64,000 nucleotides of DNA, taken from NCBI GenBank assembly GCA_021791495.1, contig JAJYWN010000011.1, positions 1,015 to 65,014 on the forward strand, written 5' to 3'. The notes under the pieces were generated by a model that saw only the letters and a list, made by a program, of their open reading frames with translations, did not search any database and was not told the DNA's origin. Below, one piece after another: positions 34,417-44,013 of the stretch. Each line of letters begins with the position of its first letter. The stretch's first letter is position 1. The position numbers were made by a program, and so were the translations under genes. This DNA is from Bacillota bacterium (lineage in GTDB: Bacteria; Bacillota; Sulfobacillia; JAJYWN01).

Positions 34417-35143
34417 GGCGCTCGCCTCCGCGCCGTATGTCTATGAGGCCGACCGCGCCCTATAAACCCTTCCACAATATTCCTCGGCGCTCCGCTTTCC
34501 AGCCACCTATATTCAGCGGTGCGGTGGGGACAATACGTGTCGAGGTCCACAGCAGCCGAGCGCAGACTGGCGCCGGTTCCGCGAGGGATCGGCGTTAGTC
34601 GAGCAACGGTTGCTGCAGGCCGGACCGGTAAACCCTCTCCAAGGATCCGTTCGCCTTGTTTAAGGTATCCCTGGCGCACGGTCTCCTGGTCAGGGCCCGT
34701 GAACCGGTCTGCAGTAGCCAGAGCGCAGATCGTTATGGGTTCCCACCGGGTTTGCACTAGTCTGGAGTCGACTAGTGCAGGCTCCACAAGGATCCATGAC
34801 GGTCGAGCTAAGATAGCTACAGGTTCTGTAGTGGTTTGTACTGGCCGAGAGGTCAGTACAAGCTGCGAGAGACCGGTTGGATCTGTAGCTGTCGAGCAAA
34901 GGTTAGTGTAGGCGTCGCAGAGGTTATCGGCAGCCTAACGGTTGTCGTTAGCTTTCAGGATGTCTATATTAGCCGGAGCGAAGGTTGCTGTGGGCTTCAA
35001 TATTTCCTCCACCGTCTCCCTGGGGGCTGAGGTTCGGGACGTTTGTCTATTGACAACACCGGTTTGCTTGGACAAGGTATAGGTGACGGCCCTAACGGGG
35101 CTGCCGAGAAAAAAGGCCTTCGGCCACACAGGGAGGATCTGAA

Positions 35144-35365
35144 GTGGCGGATTCCAAGACGATGGACCTGAAAGTTACCGGCATGAGTTGCATGCACTGC
35201 CGCATGGCCGTGGAACGTGCTCTGAAAGGCGTTTCCGGCGTATCCACCGCCAGCGTGGACCTGGCGTCGGGAAGGGCCAAGGTGACCTACGACCCAGGGC
35301 AGGCAGGCTTGAAGGATTTTGAGAAGGCGGTTGAGGAAGCGGGCTATAGTGTCGCCCAAGCCTAG
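35144..35365 (+). CDS. copZ: copper chaperone CopZ (heavy-metal-associated domain)
   Basis: MDLKVTGMSCMHCRMAVERAL contains the GMSCxHC metal-binding motif; 73 aa. Confidence 0.88.
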   Translation: MADSKTMDLKVTGMSCMHCRMAVERALKGVSGVSTASVDLASGRAKVTYDPGQAGLKDFEKAVEEAGYSVAQA

Positions 35366-35438
35366 GCAGTACCGGTTTGCCCCCCCGGCCCCGTCCAGTT
35401 TCCAGTTTACGTAACTGAAGGGCGGCCCCCGGCATACG

Positions 35439-36818
35439 ATGAGCCAGGGGGCTGCTCTTTTGTTATTCGAAGATTCCACGGTCACCCTTTCCAGCGAAGA
35501 CGCCCGACACCTGGGATTGAAGCCCGGCGACGGACTCCTGGCATGCGGAAGAAAAACCGCGCCGGTACGGTTCCGCCTCGGGGCCTCGGCGCATACCCTC
35601 GAAATCCCCTTCTCCCTTCTGTCTCTCTTCGGTCTATCTGCTGTGGAGACCGGGACCATAGGGCTATACCGGGGTCCGGACCGAATTCCGCGTCTGGGTC
35701 CGGTAGTCACGATGCTCCATAGCCTGCCAGCGCCGGAGTTACCGTTTTTCGAAGGGCTGTTCGCCCAGAACCTCGCCAGAGAATGCCGGGAAAAGGGCCT
35801 GCTCTTTTCCCTAATGCTCCCGGATCAGTTCGACTTCGTCTCCCGCCAGGGGTACGGCGCGCTGGCGGTGCCCCAGGGGGTTGGAAGGACGAAGGCCGCC
35901 TGGCAGGACCAGCCGGTCCCTCTGCCCGACCTGATCTTTAACCAGGTAGCGCTCCTGCTGCCTGGTCAGGAGGAACCCTACGGCCGTGTCTGGCGGTCCT
36001 ACTCAACTCGTCCTGGTGGATTCCCGGTCCTGCTGACCCGTGGCGGCTTGAACAAGACCAAGGCCTTTCAACTCCTGGCCGCCGACGATTTGGCGTCGTC
36101 GTATTTGCCGTGTACGCGGACGGTGCACTCCGTTGCGGCGATTCAGGACCTCCTCCTTGAGTTCGGACAGGTCTTCCTGAAACCGGAGGGCGGGTCGCAC
36201 GGCCTCAACATCATCCGGCTGACGGACCAAGGCTCTGCCGTTCTGGCGGAGTTCCGCCTCGGAAACGAAAACGTGCGCCGTTCTCTCGCGTCCCCCGACG
36301 AATTGGAGTCCTTCCTGAGGCCGGCTTTTTCGGCCTCGACGTACGTCTGCCAACAAGCCATCCGGCGGCCGGAGGTCGACGGCGGTGTCGTCGACTTCCG
36401 CGTGGGCCTCGCCCGAAATGACAGGGGTGAATGGGAGGTCTGCTATTACAGACTCAAACACGCTCCTCCTGGTGCGATCTGCACGAACTGGGGGTATGGG
36501 ACCGCCTGGTATGACTTGGAGGATATGATGGACCGGGTCTTTCCCGGAAGAGAGTCCGTCGTGCGAGAAGCCCTGGACAGGTGCGGTTTGGCTGTCGCCA
36601 GAGCAGTGTCCGGCGCCGAAGGAGGGGACTGCTGTCAGCTGGCGGTGGACGTGGTGCTAGACCCGGACCGGCACCCGTGGGTCCTGGAAGTCAACGAGCG
36701 CCCCGAACACGGAGAAAGGGAAGGGCAACGGGTGGCTCATCGCCTGGCCGGCTACTTCGTTCTTATCGCCGGGGCCGCCGGCCGCCTTCTGGTCAGAGTC
36801 TTGCCGGTGGCCGGCTAG
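35439..36818 (+). CDS. YheC/YheD-family ATP-grasp protein (sporulation-associated)
   Basis: VFLKPEGGSHGLNIIRL, DFRVGLARNDRGEWEV...TNWGYGTAW and VLEVNERP blocks typical of the YheC/D-like ATP-grasp family. Confidence 0.7.
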   Translation: MSQGAALLLFEDSTVTLSSEDARHLGLKPGDGLLACGRKTAPVRFRLGASAHTLEIPFSLLSLFGLSAVETGTIGLYRGPDRIPRLGPVVTMLHSLPAPELPFFEGLFAQNLARECREKGLLFSLMLPDQFDFVSRQGYGALAVPQGVGRTKAAWQDQPVPLPDLIFNQVALLLPGQEEPYGRVWRSYSTRPGGFPVLLTRGGLNKTKAFQLLAADDLASSYLPCTRTVHSVAAIQDLLLEFGQVFLKPEGGSHGLNIIRLTDQGSAVLAEFRLGNENVRRSLASPDELESFLRPAFSASTYVCQQAIRRPEVDGGVVDFRVGLARNDRGEWEVCYYRLKHAPPGAICTNWGYGTAWYDLEDMMDRVFPGRESVVREALDRCGLAVARAVSGAEGGDCCQLAVDVVLDPDRHPWVLEVNERPEHGEREGQRVAHRLAGYFVLIAGAAGRLLVRVLPVAG

Positions 36819-36895
36819 CCGTAAAGTGACATCCGTGTGACACAATAGTGACCTGAAGCATTTGCCCTTGTTAGCTGGGCACATATACTTGAAGC

Positions 36896-37123
36896 ATGAG
36901 GGACACACTTGACGTCCGCGAGAAGAGAATGCTTCAGATCCTGACCTACATCCAGCGCAATCCGGACTCAACGGGGGCGAAAGAGGTCTGCCGGGTCATC
37001 CTCGGAAGGGACCATGTGGATGAGGAGGCCATCAGGTCTTTGAGGATCCGGCTGCCCCACGCCGATGAAACCGCCGTCCGGACTTGCTACGATGTGGTCT
37101 GCTGGACAGAAGACGACGGCTGA
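36896..37123 (+). CDS. small hypothetical ORF (75 aa) in a locally low-GC stretch; uncertain
   Basis: ATG lies inside an inverted repeat (CTGAAGCAT...ATGCTTCAG). No obvious RBS; overlaps the 3' end of the convergent ligD-pol gene. Confidence 0.25.
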   Translation: MRDTLDVREKRMLQILTYIQRNPDSTGAKEVCRVILGRDHVDEEAIRSLRIRLPHADETAVRTCYDVVCWTEDDG

Positions 37124-38088
37124 GCCGCGCCTCTAGCCTGATGGGCGGTGGACGGCGGCGCGGCCCGTCCGAAGACAGAAAGAGCTCCATCAAGCTTTTG
37201 CCGGTAGTCCAACACCGGCGCGAAAAGGTCCCCGACCCGTCTGGTGCGGTCGGGGACGTTGCTTATGGTGAATGAGGTGGGGTGGACAAAAGGTAGTTCC
37301 TCCCACGTCACGGGAGTCGACACCGTCCCCAAGGGTTGGGGCCTGGGGCTGTAGACCGAGGCGATGGTCTTCCCCATCACGTTCTGCAGGTGATCGATGT
37401 ATACGCCAAGGCGCCGCGCCACCCGGCGCTCGCGGGTGGTCCGCCCGGGGAAGGTTTGGTGGATGAGGTCCGCCACATCCCCCACCCAGCCGGCAACCGT
37501 CGGATAGGGATACCGGTTTTCAATGGGCACGTAAAGGTGGAGCCCGGTGGCGCCCGACGTCTTCGGAAAGGCTTCCAGCCCCATCTCTCTCAGGACGTTC
37601 TTCACCCAGAAGGCGACTTCCACCACGTCGCGGAAGGTGGCCGGCGGTGACGGGTCCAGATCGAAGATGGCGAAGTCGGGGTACTCCGGCGTCTCGACCG
37701 ACGACAGCCAGGGGTGCAGCTCGATAGCGCCCTCCTGAGCCAGCCAGGCCAGGGTGGCCGGTTCGCGGCACACCACGAACTGGATCACCCGGTCCGCATG
37801 GGGCGCGTAGTAAGGGTACGTGGTGATCCACTCCGGAGCGTGGGCGGGCAGGTTCTTTTGGTAGAAAGTAGGGCCCTCGATGCCTTCCGGATACCTTGTG
37901 ACCACCAGGGGCCGTCTGGCCAGATGCGGCAGGAGAACCGGGGACACGGCCAGCAAGTAGGAAATGAGGTCGGCCTTGGTATATCCGGCCGCCGGCCAGA
38001 AGGTCTTGTCCAAATTGCTGAAGTTGACGCGGCGGCCTTCGACCTCTAGAAGCTGCCTTGTGCTGCGGCTCAACTCAAAACGCACTCC
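37087..38088 (-). CDS. ligD: NHEJ DNA polymerase/primase (LigD polymerase domain) encoded as a separate gene
   Basis: KTSGATGLHLYVP (LigD-Pol FKTSGGKGLH-like) and NLDKTFWP. The ORF-track N-terminus overlaps the ligase gene; the real start is probably the GTG/TTG near 38088-38076. Confidence 0.78.
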   Translation of the reverse strand, partial: GVRFELSRSTRQLLEVEGRRVNFSNLDKTFWPAAGYTKADLISYLLAVSPVLLPHLARRPLVVTRYPEGIEGPTFYQKNLPAHAPEWITTYPYYAPHADRVIQFVVCREPATLAWLAQEGAIELHPWLSSVETPEYPDFAIFDLDPSPPATFRDVVEVAFWVKNVLREMGLEAFPKTSGATGLHLYVPIENRYPYPTVAGWVGDVADLIHQTFPGRTTRERRVARRLGVYIDHLQNVMGKTIASVYSPRPQPLGTVSTPVTWEELPFVHPTSFTISNVPDRTRRVGDLFAPVLDYRQKLDGALSVFGRAAPPSTAHQARGAAQPSSSVQQTTS

Positions 38089-39071
38089 TCCGGGCCTTTG
38101 TCTGGGCGTAACCCCCTGTAGGTAGGATGCCTCAATCGCCGGTCGGCGGTGAGTTCGGTAAACTCGATTTCGCACACCAGCTCCGGCCGTACCCAGACTG
38201 TCTGGCGGCGCAACGGGGCCGGCACGTCCCGCAAGGGTGGCGAGAGGCCTTCATCTAACGGCCGCAGCAGTCCCAGGAGCCGCTGGACCTCCTGGCCCGT
38301 GAACCCCGTGCCGGCGTTTCCGATGTAGACCAACTCCCCGCCACCTGGCCCGCCGGGCTGTGTCCCTTCAGCCGGCGCCTCGCCGCCGGGTCCGGGGAAC
38401 ACCCCCAACACCAGCGACCCCAGGTGGGCGAAACCCGCGCCGCGGGTGTAACCGGCGATGACGCAGTCTATGGTCTTGGTATTCTTGATCTTCAGCCAGT
38501 CCTCGCTGCGGACGCCGGGCCGGTAGACGCTGACGGCCCTTTTCGCCATGATTCCTTCGAGGTCCAGTCGCTTGGCGGCCTGAAACAGGCTCACTCCCTG
38601 GCCCGGGAAGACCTCCGACCGGACGATCGGCGCGGGCCCGCTAGTGGGGGCCACCCCTCCGAACAGGCCGGCCAGGCCGTCCCGCCGCTGCGTCAAAGGA
38701 GTGCCCAAGAGGCTTGTTCCGTCGAAGTAGAGGAGGTCGAAGGCGACGTAGGTGAAGGGTCCCTGACCGCGCTGCAGCCGCCCGAAGTCGGGTCTGCCGT
38801 CCACCAGCGCCACCACTTCCCCGTCCAGGACCAGGCGACGGCCGGGCCAGAGTTCGTGAAGCCGGCAAAGCTCAGGGTAATGTGGCGAAAGGTCCAGCAG
38901 GTTGCGGCTCTGGAGGCGGGTGCGCCCGTCGCCCAGGAAAGCGATGGCACGGTACCCGTCCCACTTCACTTCGAAGAGGAAGTCCGGCGAGTCGAAGGGG
39001 TGGTGCGCCGTGGCCCCCAACATGGGGGGTATGGGACCTTCGAACAGGTCGGCCGGTAGCCGCGCCGTCAC
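38070..39071 (-). CDS. ligD: ATP-dependent DNA ligase (LigD ligase domain)
   Basis: Adenylation motif I EVKWDGYRA. C-terminus ...TYRGLRPDKGPEEC is a typical ligase-domain end. 333 aa. Confidence 0.85.
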   Translation of the reverse strand: MTARLPADLFEGPIPPMLGATAHHPFDSPDFLFEVKWDGYRAIAFLGDGRTRLQSRNLLDLSPHYPELCRLHELWPGRRLVLDGEVVALVDGRPDFGRLQRGQGPFTYVAFDLLYFDGTSLLGTPLTQRRDGLAGLFGGVAPTSGPAPIVRSEVFPGQGVSLFQAAKRLDLEGIMAKRAVSVYRPGVRSEDWLKIKNTKTIDCVIAGYTRGAGFAHLGSLVLGVFPGPGGEAPAEGTQPGGPGGGELVYIGNAGTGFTGQEVQRLLGLLRPLDEGLSPPLRDVPAPLRRQTVWVRPELVCEIEFTELTADRRLRHPTYRGLRPDKGPEECVLS

Positions 39072-39078
39072 TAAGATC

Positions 39079-39966
39079 TTACACCAAGGGACCGCGGATC
39101 GGTGTTTCCGGAGCCGCCGCTCCCCCGCCGGCGCCGGCGGCAGCCGCGGCAGCAGCGGCAGCAGCGGGGCCGGCCGCCCGGCGTCCTCCCGGTAGATCGG
39201 CGGTCATCTGGACACTGGCGCGGAGTGCTTCCATGAGGTCAATGATCTTGTGTGGTTCGGCCTCCGGCTGAAAGTGCACCTCGTGCCCCTCCACTTTCTG
39301 GTGGATGAGGTCGAGGAGCGCCCGGCGGTACTCGTTCGTGTATTTCCCGGGCTCGAAGGTGGTCGAAAGGTTGTCAATCAGGGTTCTGGCCATCCTTACT
39401 TCGTTCTCGTGAAGCTCCGGTCCTTGGTCCAAACCTTCCAGTCCCCGCCATGAACGCACCTCATCGGGCCAGTACATGGTCTCCAGGACCAGCGCCTGAC
39501 CCTCGTACACCCGGATAGTGGCCAGGGCCTCCTTGGTGCGGATGACGACCTTGGCCACGGCCACCCGGCCCGTGGACTCCATTGCCTTCCGGAGGAGCGT
39601 ATAGGCCTTGATACCGCCGTCGGCCGGTTCGAGGAAGTAGGTTTTGTCGTAGTAAACGGGATCGATGTCCTCCAGGTTCACGAAGTCGATGATGTCCACC
39701 ACTTTCCCGGCGGCATCGGGGAGGCGTTCCAAATCGGCTTCGTCGATAATCACATGCTGGCCCTTCTCGAACTCGTAACCGTAGACTATCTCCTCCTGCG
39801 AAACCTCGCGGTTACAGGTAGGGCACCACTTCAGGTACCGGACCGGCGTTCTGCATTCGCTATGCAGGTACCGGAACTTGACGTCTTTCTTCTCCGTGGC
39901 GGTGTAAAGCCGGACGGGTATGTAGACCAGCCCGAAGGTGATGGCGCCTTTCCAGAGTGTACGCAC
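39079..39966 (-). CDS. ku: Ku protein (NHEJ)
   Basis: MRTLWKGAITFGLVYIPVRLYTA Ku N-terminus, the Ku core, and a C-terminal poly-Ala/Gly tail. Confidence 0.9.
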   Translation of the reverse strand: MRTLWKGAITFGLVYIPVRLYTATEKKDVKFRYLHSECRTPVRYLKWCPTCNREVSQEEIVYGYEFEKGQHVIIDEADLERLPDAAGKVVDIIDFVNLEDIDPVYYDKTYFLEPADGGIKAYTLLRKAMESTGRVAVAKVVIRTKEALATIRVYEGQALVLETMYWPDEVRSWRGLEGLDQGPELHENEVRMARTLIDNLSTTFEPGKYTNEYRRALLDLIHQKVEGHEVHFQPEAEPHKIIDLMEALRASVQMTADLPGGRRAAGPAAAAAAAAAAGAGGGAAAPETPIRGPLV

Positions 39967-40009
39967 GGTGCTGCTCCGCCCCCCTTCTCCAAATCACCGC
40001 CGGGCGTCT

Positions 40010-41329
40010 CTAGCCCCGCCGGTACACGGTCAAAGTGGAAAGCATGCTGGAGAACAGCCCTCTTAACCTATCCACGAACAGTTCCAAAACGGTGGCGGCC
40101 CGGACGTCCTCCGCCGCCACCACCTCAAGGGACCCGAGGACCTCCCCATTCAGACTGGCGCTGACAGAGCCCAGAACGGCACCGGCGGACACGGGCGCCG
40201 TAACGTAGGCCGGCACCTTTTCTTCCCGTTGCAGGGCGGCCTGTTCCGCGGCATTCAGGGGCAGCACCAGGTCGCGCGCCGCCACCAACTTCACCCGGTC
40301 TTCCCCGCCGCGCTCTACGCGGACCGTCCCCACCACGTCCCCCTTATGGACCAGGGTGGTGACCTGATAACCCTGGTAGGCGGTATCCAGAAGGACCTGT
40401 GCGTCGGTGTACATCCGACTGCTGTTCAAGACGGCGGCGATGACCGACCAACCCCCCCGGGACGCAGACGCCACCAGACACTTGCCCGCCTGACCGGTGT
40501 AGCCGGTCTTCACCCCGGTTGCTCCCTCATAGCTCCAGAGAAACTTGTTGTGACTGTGCAGCGCCCTGTCTTCGGCGTGACCATTCCAGGGAACCACTTT
40601 CCGGCGCGTGGCGACGATGGCGGCGAACTCAGGGTTCGCCATGGCCGCCCGGGCGATGACCGCCAGGTCACGGGCGGTGGAGTAATGGCCATTCTCGTCC
40701 AATCCGTGGGGGTTCTTGAACTGGCTCGACGTTGCCCCGAGTTCCCGCGCCTTCTCGTTCATGAACGCGGCGAAACTTTCGACGGAGCCGCCGACTCCCT
40801 CCGCCAAGGCCACCGCCGCGTCGTTACCGGAGTTCAGCAAAAGGCCGTAAAGCAAGTCCCGCACGGTCAGCTCTTCGCCCGCCGCCAGCCACATGGACGA
40901 GCCGCGGGTGGAAGCGGCCTTCGGGCTGACCTTGATCTTTGCCTCCAAATCCGCCTTCTCCAGCACGACCAAGGCGGTCATGATCTTTGTAGTGCTGGCT
41001 GGGGCGCGGCGCTGATCGGCGTTGCGCTCTGACAAGACGCGGCCGGTCACGGTGTCAAGGACGCAATAGGCGGTGGCCGCCGCCGCCACCGGCGAAGCCT
41101 TGGCGGACGATGCCGTTTCCAAGACGGCGCCGCCTTGCTCGGTGCCTGGCGTCGATATGGGACTCGCGGCTTCGCCCGACGCCGGCCAGAAGGTTACGGC
41201 CAGAGCGCACCAGACGACCACGAAGGCGCGAAACACGGAGAGACGGGCCGCGTCTGCGCAGCCCGTCGTGGTTTTCCTAAGCGTCTTGCCGCCCTGACGG
41301 CTGAACCCTGGTCGGGTGCGGCTGCTCAA
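40010..41329 (-). CDS. D-alanyl-D-alanine carboxypeptidase (PBP5 / S11 family; DacB/DacF-like)
   Basis: Signal peptide; SxxK active site (ASTTKIMTAL); SxN and KTG motifs (SGN, KTGYT); C-terminal PBP5 beta-domain. Confidence 0.85.
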   Translation of the reverse strand: MSSRTRPGFSRQGGKTLRKTTTGCADAARLSVFRAFVVVWCALAVTFWPASGEAASPISTPGTEQGGAVLETASSAKASPVAAAATAYCVLDTVTGRVLSERNADQRRAPASTTKIMTALVVLEKADLEAKIKVSPKAASTRGSSMWLAAGEELTVRDLLYGLLLNSGNDAAVALAEGVGGSVESFAAFMNEKARELGATSSQFKNPHGLDENGHYSTARDLAVIARAAMANPEFAAIVATRRKVVPWNGHAEDRALHSHNKFLWSYEGATGVKTGYTGQAGKCLVASASRGGWSVIAAVLNSSRMYTDAQVLLDTAYQGYQVTTLVHKGDVVGTVRVERGGEDRVKLVAARDLVLPLNAAEQAALQREEKVPAYVTAPVSAGAVLGSVSASLNGEVLGSLEVVAAEDVRAATVLELFVDRLRGLFSSMLSTLTVYRRG

Positions 41330-41838
41330 ACCTTCGGCCCTTCCGCCCTGACCTGGGTGCTCTTTTCCTGCTTTCCGCCGGCTCCGAACCGGTCGAGCAG
41401 GTGCGGAGCCATGTCGAGGAGCCGGTCGAGGACCGCGGTCCGGTCTACCGGGAGCAGCCTGACGTTGTCCTTAGCGACCACCAGAAACCCCACGGGGTGG
41501 ATGGTGACGCCGCCGCCGCTGCCGCCGCCGAACCCCAAGTCGTTCTCACCCGCTCCGCCGGCCTTGCCCCCGGCGCCGCTCCCGCCATTCGTCCCGTTCC
41601 CACCGCTATTGCCGCCGCCGGCACCGTTGCCGCGCCCGCCGCCGTTGCCTTGGCCTTCGGCCGTCGCATCGTACTGGGCGCCCCCCGCGGCAAAGCCGAA
41701 AGCCACGCGGGAGACGGGGATGATGACCGTACCGTCCTGGGTTTCCACGGGGTCGCCGACGATGGTGTTGACGTCCACCATTTCCTTGATGTTTTCCATG
41801 GCCGTTTTCATCAGGCCTTGAATCGGGCTGTCTTCCAA
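41326..41838 (-). CDS. ytfJ: sporulation protein YtfJ (GerW family) with Gly-rich insertion
   Basis: IVGDPVETQDGTVIIPVSRVAFGFAAGG ... GGVTIHPVGFLVV matches YtfJ/GerW. It is adjacent to the ytfI homologue, as in B. subtilis. Confidence 0.8.
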   Translation of the reverse strand: MEDSPIQGLMKTAMENIKEMVDVNTIVGDPVETQDGTVIIPVSRVAFGFAAGGAQYDATAEGQGNGGGRGNGAGGGNSGGNGTNGGSGAGGKAGGAGENDLGFGGGSGGGVTIHPVGFLVVAKDNVRLLPVDRTAVLDRLLDMAPHLLDRFGAGGKQEKSTQVRAEGPKV

Positions 41839-41860
41839 GGCTCCACGCTCCTCTCCAGTA

Positions 41861-42499
41861 CTAACTCCGGCGAGGCGCTTTTTGCATCTTCGTCGCAGCT
41901 ACACCGGCCTTAGCAATCGCAACCATAATATGACCGATTCGGATTTTGAATATGCAGTGGATGGTGACCTCGAAGGCGGCGACGGCAAAGACCGGATGGA
42001 CCTCGAAATGGGGCTGTCCGGGTGCCAGGCGGAGCCGGTGGCGGAGGTAGGCCATGGCCCCCCCCACGGCCATCCAGGCGGCGCCCCCCGCAATGCCGGT
42101 TACGGCGGCGTCGTCCACCCCGAATCGCACCCTGGTTTCCAGCAAGGGGAAATAGGCCCGGTGTGACAGGTAATCGACTATGCCGGCGTAGACTAAAGCG
42201 GCGTCCCGATACCGCACCAAGCGGGTCACCGGGCTCTCCGGGGCCGTCGGTGTGGCGGGGGTGTGACCGCGCTCCAGGAGGACGCGGACGAACCGTATGC
42301 CGTCGGAGAGCAGCGAACGCCGTTTCAGGGGGACTTGGTAGGTGACCTCCCAGATGCGCCGGGGGGCCCTGAACCAGACCTGTAGCGCATCTACTTCGCC
42401 CGCGTGACGGTAGCGGCCTTCCACCTCGACGAAGGCCCGCGTTAGAAGAAGCAGCGCCGCGGCCAGCACGGCCGCCCAGAAGAAGAAAATCCAGGACAT
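41861..42499 (-). CDS. DUF2953 / YtfI-like sporulation protein
   Basis: N-terminal TM segment; the position immediately upstream of ytfJ reproduces the ytfI-ytfJ operon. Confidence 0.6.
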   Translation of the reverse strand: MSWIFFFWAAVLAAALLLLTRAFVEVEGRYRHAGEVDALQVWFRAPRRIWEVTYQVPLKRRSLLSDGIRFVRVLLERGHTPATPTAPESPVTRLVRYRDAALVYAGIVDYLSHRAYFPLLETRVRFGVDDAAVTGIAGGAAWMAVGGAMAYLRHRLRLAPGQPHFEVHPVFAVAAFEVTIHCIFKIRIGHIMVAIAKAGVAATKMQKAPRRS

Positions 42500-42563
42500 C
42501 GGCCAGAAGTCCCCCTGGCGTAGGATGCCGGGGGGCGAGTGCGGCTATGCGGGGCGCCGCCGC

Positions 42564-43169
42564 CTATTCGGGACGGGTGTCGGGTGTCCCCGTCCCCTCG
42601 GGTGGAGTCACGAAGAGTGGCCCCGGAGTCTGTTCCACGTCTTTCAGCGAAGGTAGTTCCGCCAGGTCGCGCAGCCCGAAATGCTCTAGGAATTGGGGGG
42701 TGGTCCCATACAGGATGGGCCGCCCCACGGCTTCCTTGCGTCCCACCTCCCGGATGAGGCGGCGTTCGACAAGGGTGGCCACGGTGCTCTCCGACCGCAC
42801 GCCACGGATCGCGTCGATCTCCACCCTGGTGACGGGCTGCCGGTAAGCCACTACCGCCAAGGTCTCCAGTGCCGCCTGGGTCAGCCCCAGGTTGCGCGGC
42901 CCCATGAGTCGGGCCACGGCGTCGGCGAATTCCGGTTTGGTATAGAGCCGGTATCCCCCGGCCACCTCCTGCAGGACCAGACCACGGGTGGAGGACTTCA
43001 ACACTTCCTGGAGACGGCCTAAGAGTAGCCGCACTTCGGTCTCCGGAAGACGGCTGGCCTCGGACAGGCGGTCCGGCGCCACGGGGTCGGGCGAGGCGAA
43101 AAGGAGCGCCTCGATCAGAGCTAGCTTTCCTCCCCAGGCAACATCGGTGATGTCAATGGGGCTGGTCAT
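42564..43169 (-). CDS. scpB: segregation and condensation protein B
   Basis: Tandem winged-helix ScpB blocks (LIEALLFAS..., TLAVVAYRQPVTRVEIDAIRGV...). The start is probably the internal Met that overlaps the scpA end. Confidence 0.85.
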   Translation of the reverse strand: MTSPIDITDVAWGGKLALIEALLFASPDPVAPDRLSEASRLPETEVRLLLGRLQEVLKSSTRGLVLQEVAGGYRLYTKPEFADAVARLMGPRNLGLTQAALETLAVVAYRQPVTRVEIDAIRGVRSESTVATLVERRLIREVGRKEAVGRPILYGTTPQFLEHFGLRDLAELPSLKDVEQTPGPLFVTPPEGTGTPDTRPE

Positions 43170-44013
43170 GTCCATCCTCCCGTAAGGTAGCGGCCGGTGC
43201 ACCGGACGCACGGGCGTTCGGTCCCTTCGCGGCGTCCGCCGGTGACGCCGGCTCCGTGGTCGCGGTCGCTTCGGCGCGGCGGTAGAAGATCACCATTTCG
43301 GCGAAAGCGAAAGGCTGCTGCACCATGATACGCCGCTGCCGGACCAGTTCCAGAAGAGCCAGGAAAGTGACTACCACCATGAGGCGAGAACGCCGCGACC
43401 CCACCAGGTCGGTAAAGCTGCAGCCCGCCTTCCGCGTTGCCAGACGGCGGACGATGTCCTGCATTTTCCGACGCACGGAAACCTGCTCCCGCGATATCTC
43501 GGCCGGCTCCTGGGGCGCCGTCGCCACCAGCATCTTCTGAAAGGCCAGCGCCAGTTCGAAGAGGCTGACCTTCGGTGAAAGCAAGGCCTCCCCGGCCTCG
43601 GGCGGGGCGTCGGCCGGATGCGGGTACAGACCCGACCAGGAACTGGCCATTTCGCGCATGTCGGCGGCCACTTCCTTGAAACGGCTGTACTCGGCCAGGT
43701 GCCTCACCAGTTCTTCCCGGGGATCCAGCTCCTCCTCCCCCTCGACGGAGGTGGCGGCCTGTTTGCGCGGCAGGAGCATCCGCGCCTTGATCTCCAGCAG
43801 GGTGGCCGCCATGACCAGGAACTCACTGGCGACTTCCAGGTCCAGCACCTGCATCTCGGACAGGTAGTCCAGATATTGGCCGGTCACCCGGGCGATGGGG
43901 ATATCGTAGATGTTGATCTGGTCCTTCTCACAAAGATGCAGCAGAAGGTCCAGGGGCCCCTCGAATATCTCCAGCTTGACCTGATAAGCCAAAGGGACTC
44001 CCCCGCCCGTTAC
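43153..44013 (-). CDS. scpA: segregation and condensation protein A (kleisin)
   Basis: YQVKLEIFEGPLDLLLHL...QINIYDIPI ScpA N-terminus. Likely GTG start right after the trpS stop. Confidence 0.85.
   Translation of the reverse strand, partial: VTGGGVPLAYQVKLEIFEGPLDLLLHLCEKDQINIYDIPIARVTGQYLDYLSEMQVLDLEVASEFLVMAATLLEIKARMLLPRKQAATSVEGEEELDPREELVRHLAEYSRFKEVAADMREMASSWSGLYPHPADAPPEAGEALLSPKVSLFELALAFQKMLVATAPQEPAEISREQVSVRRKMQDIVRRLATRKAGCSFTDLVGSRRSRLMVVVTFLALLELVRQRRIMVQQPFAFAEMVIFYRRAEATATTEPASPADAAKGPNARASGAPAATLREDGHDQPH

Noticed and set aside
35022-35040. GGGGCUGAGGUUCGGGACG resembles a tmRNA 5' end.
   Set aside because: It lacks the GGAUUCGAC consensus. No tRNA-like 3' end or CCA is present. 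A 360-nt tmRNA would overlap the well-supported copZ CDS.
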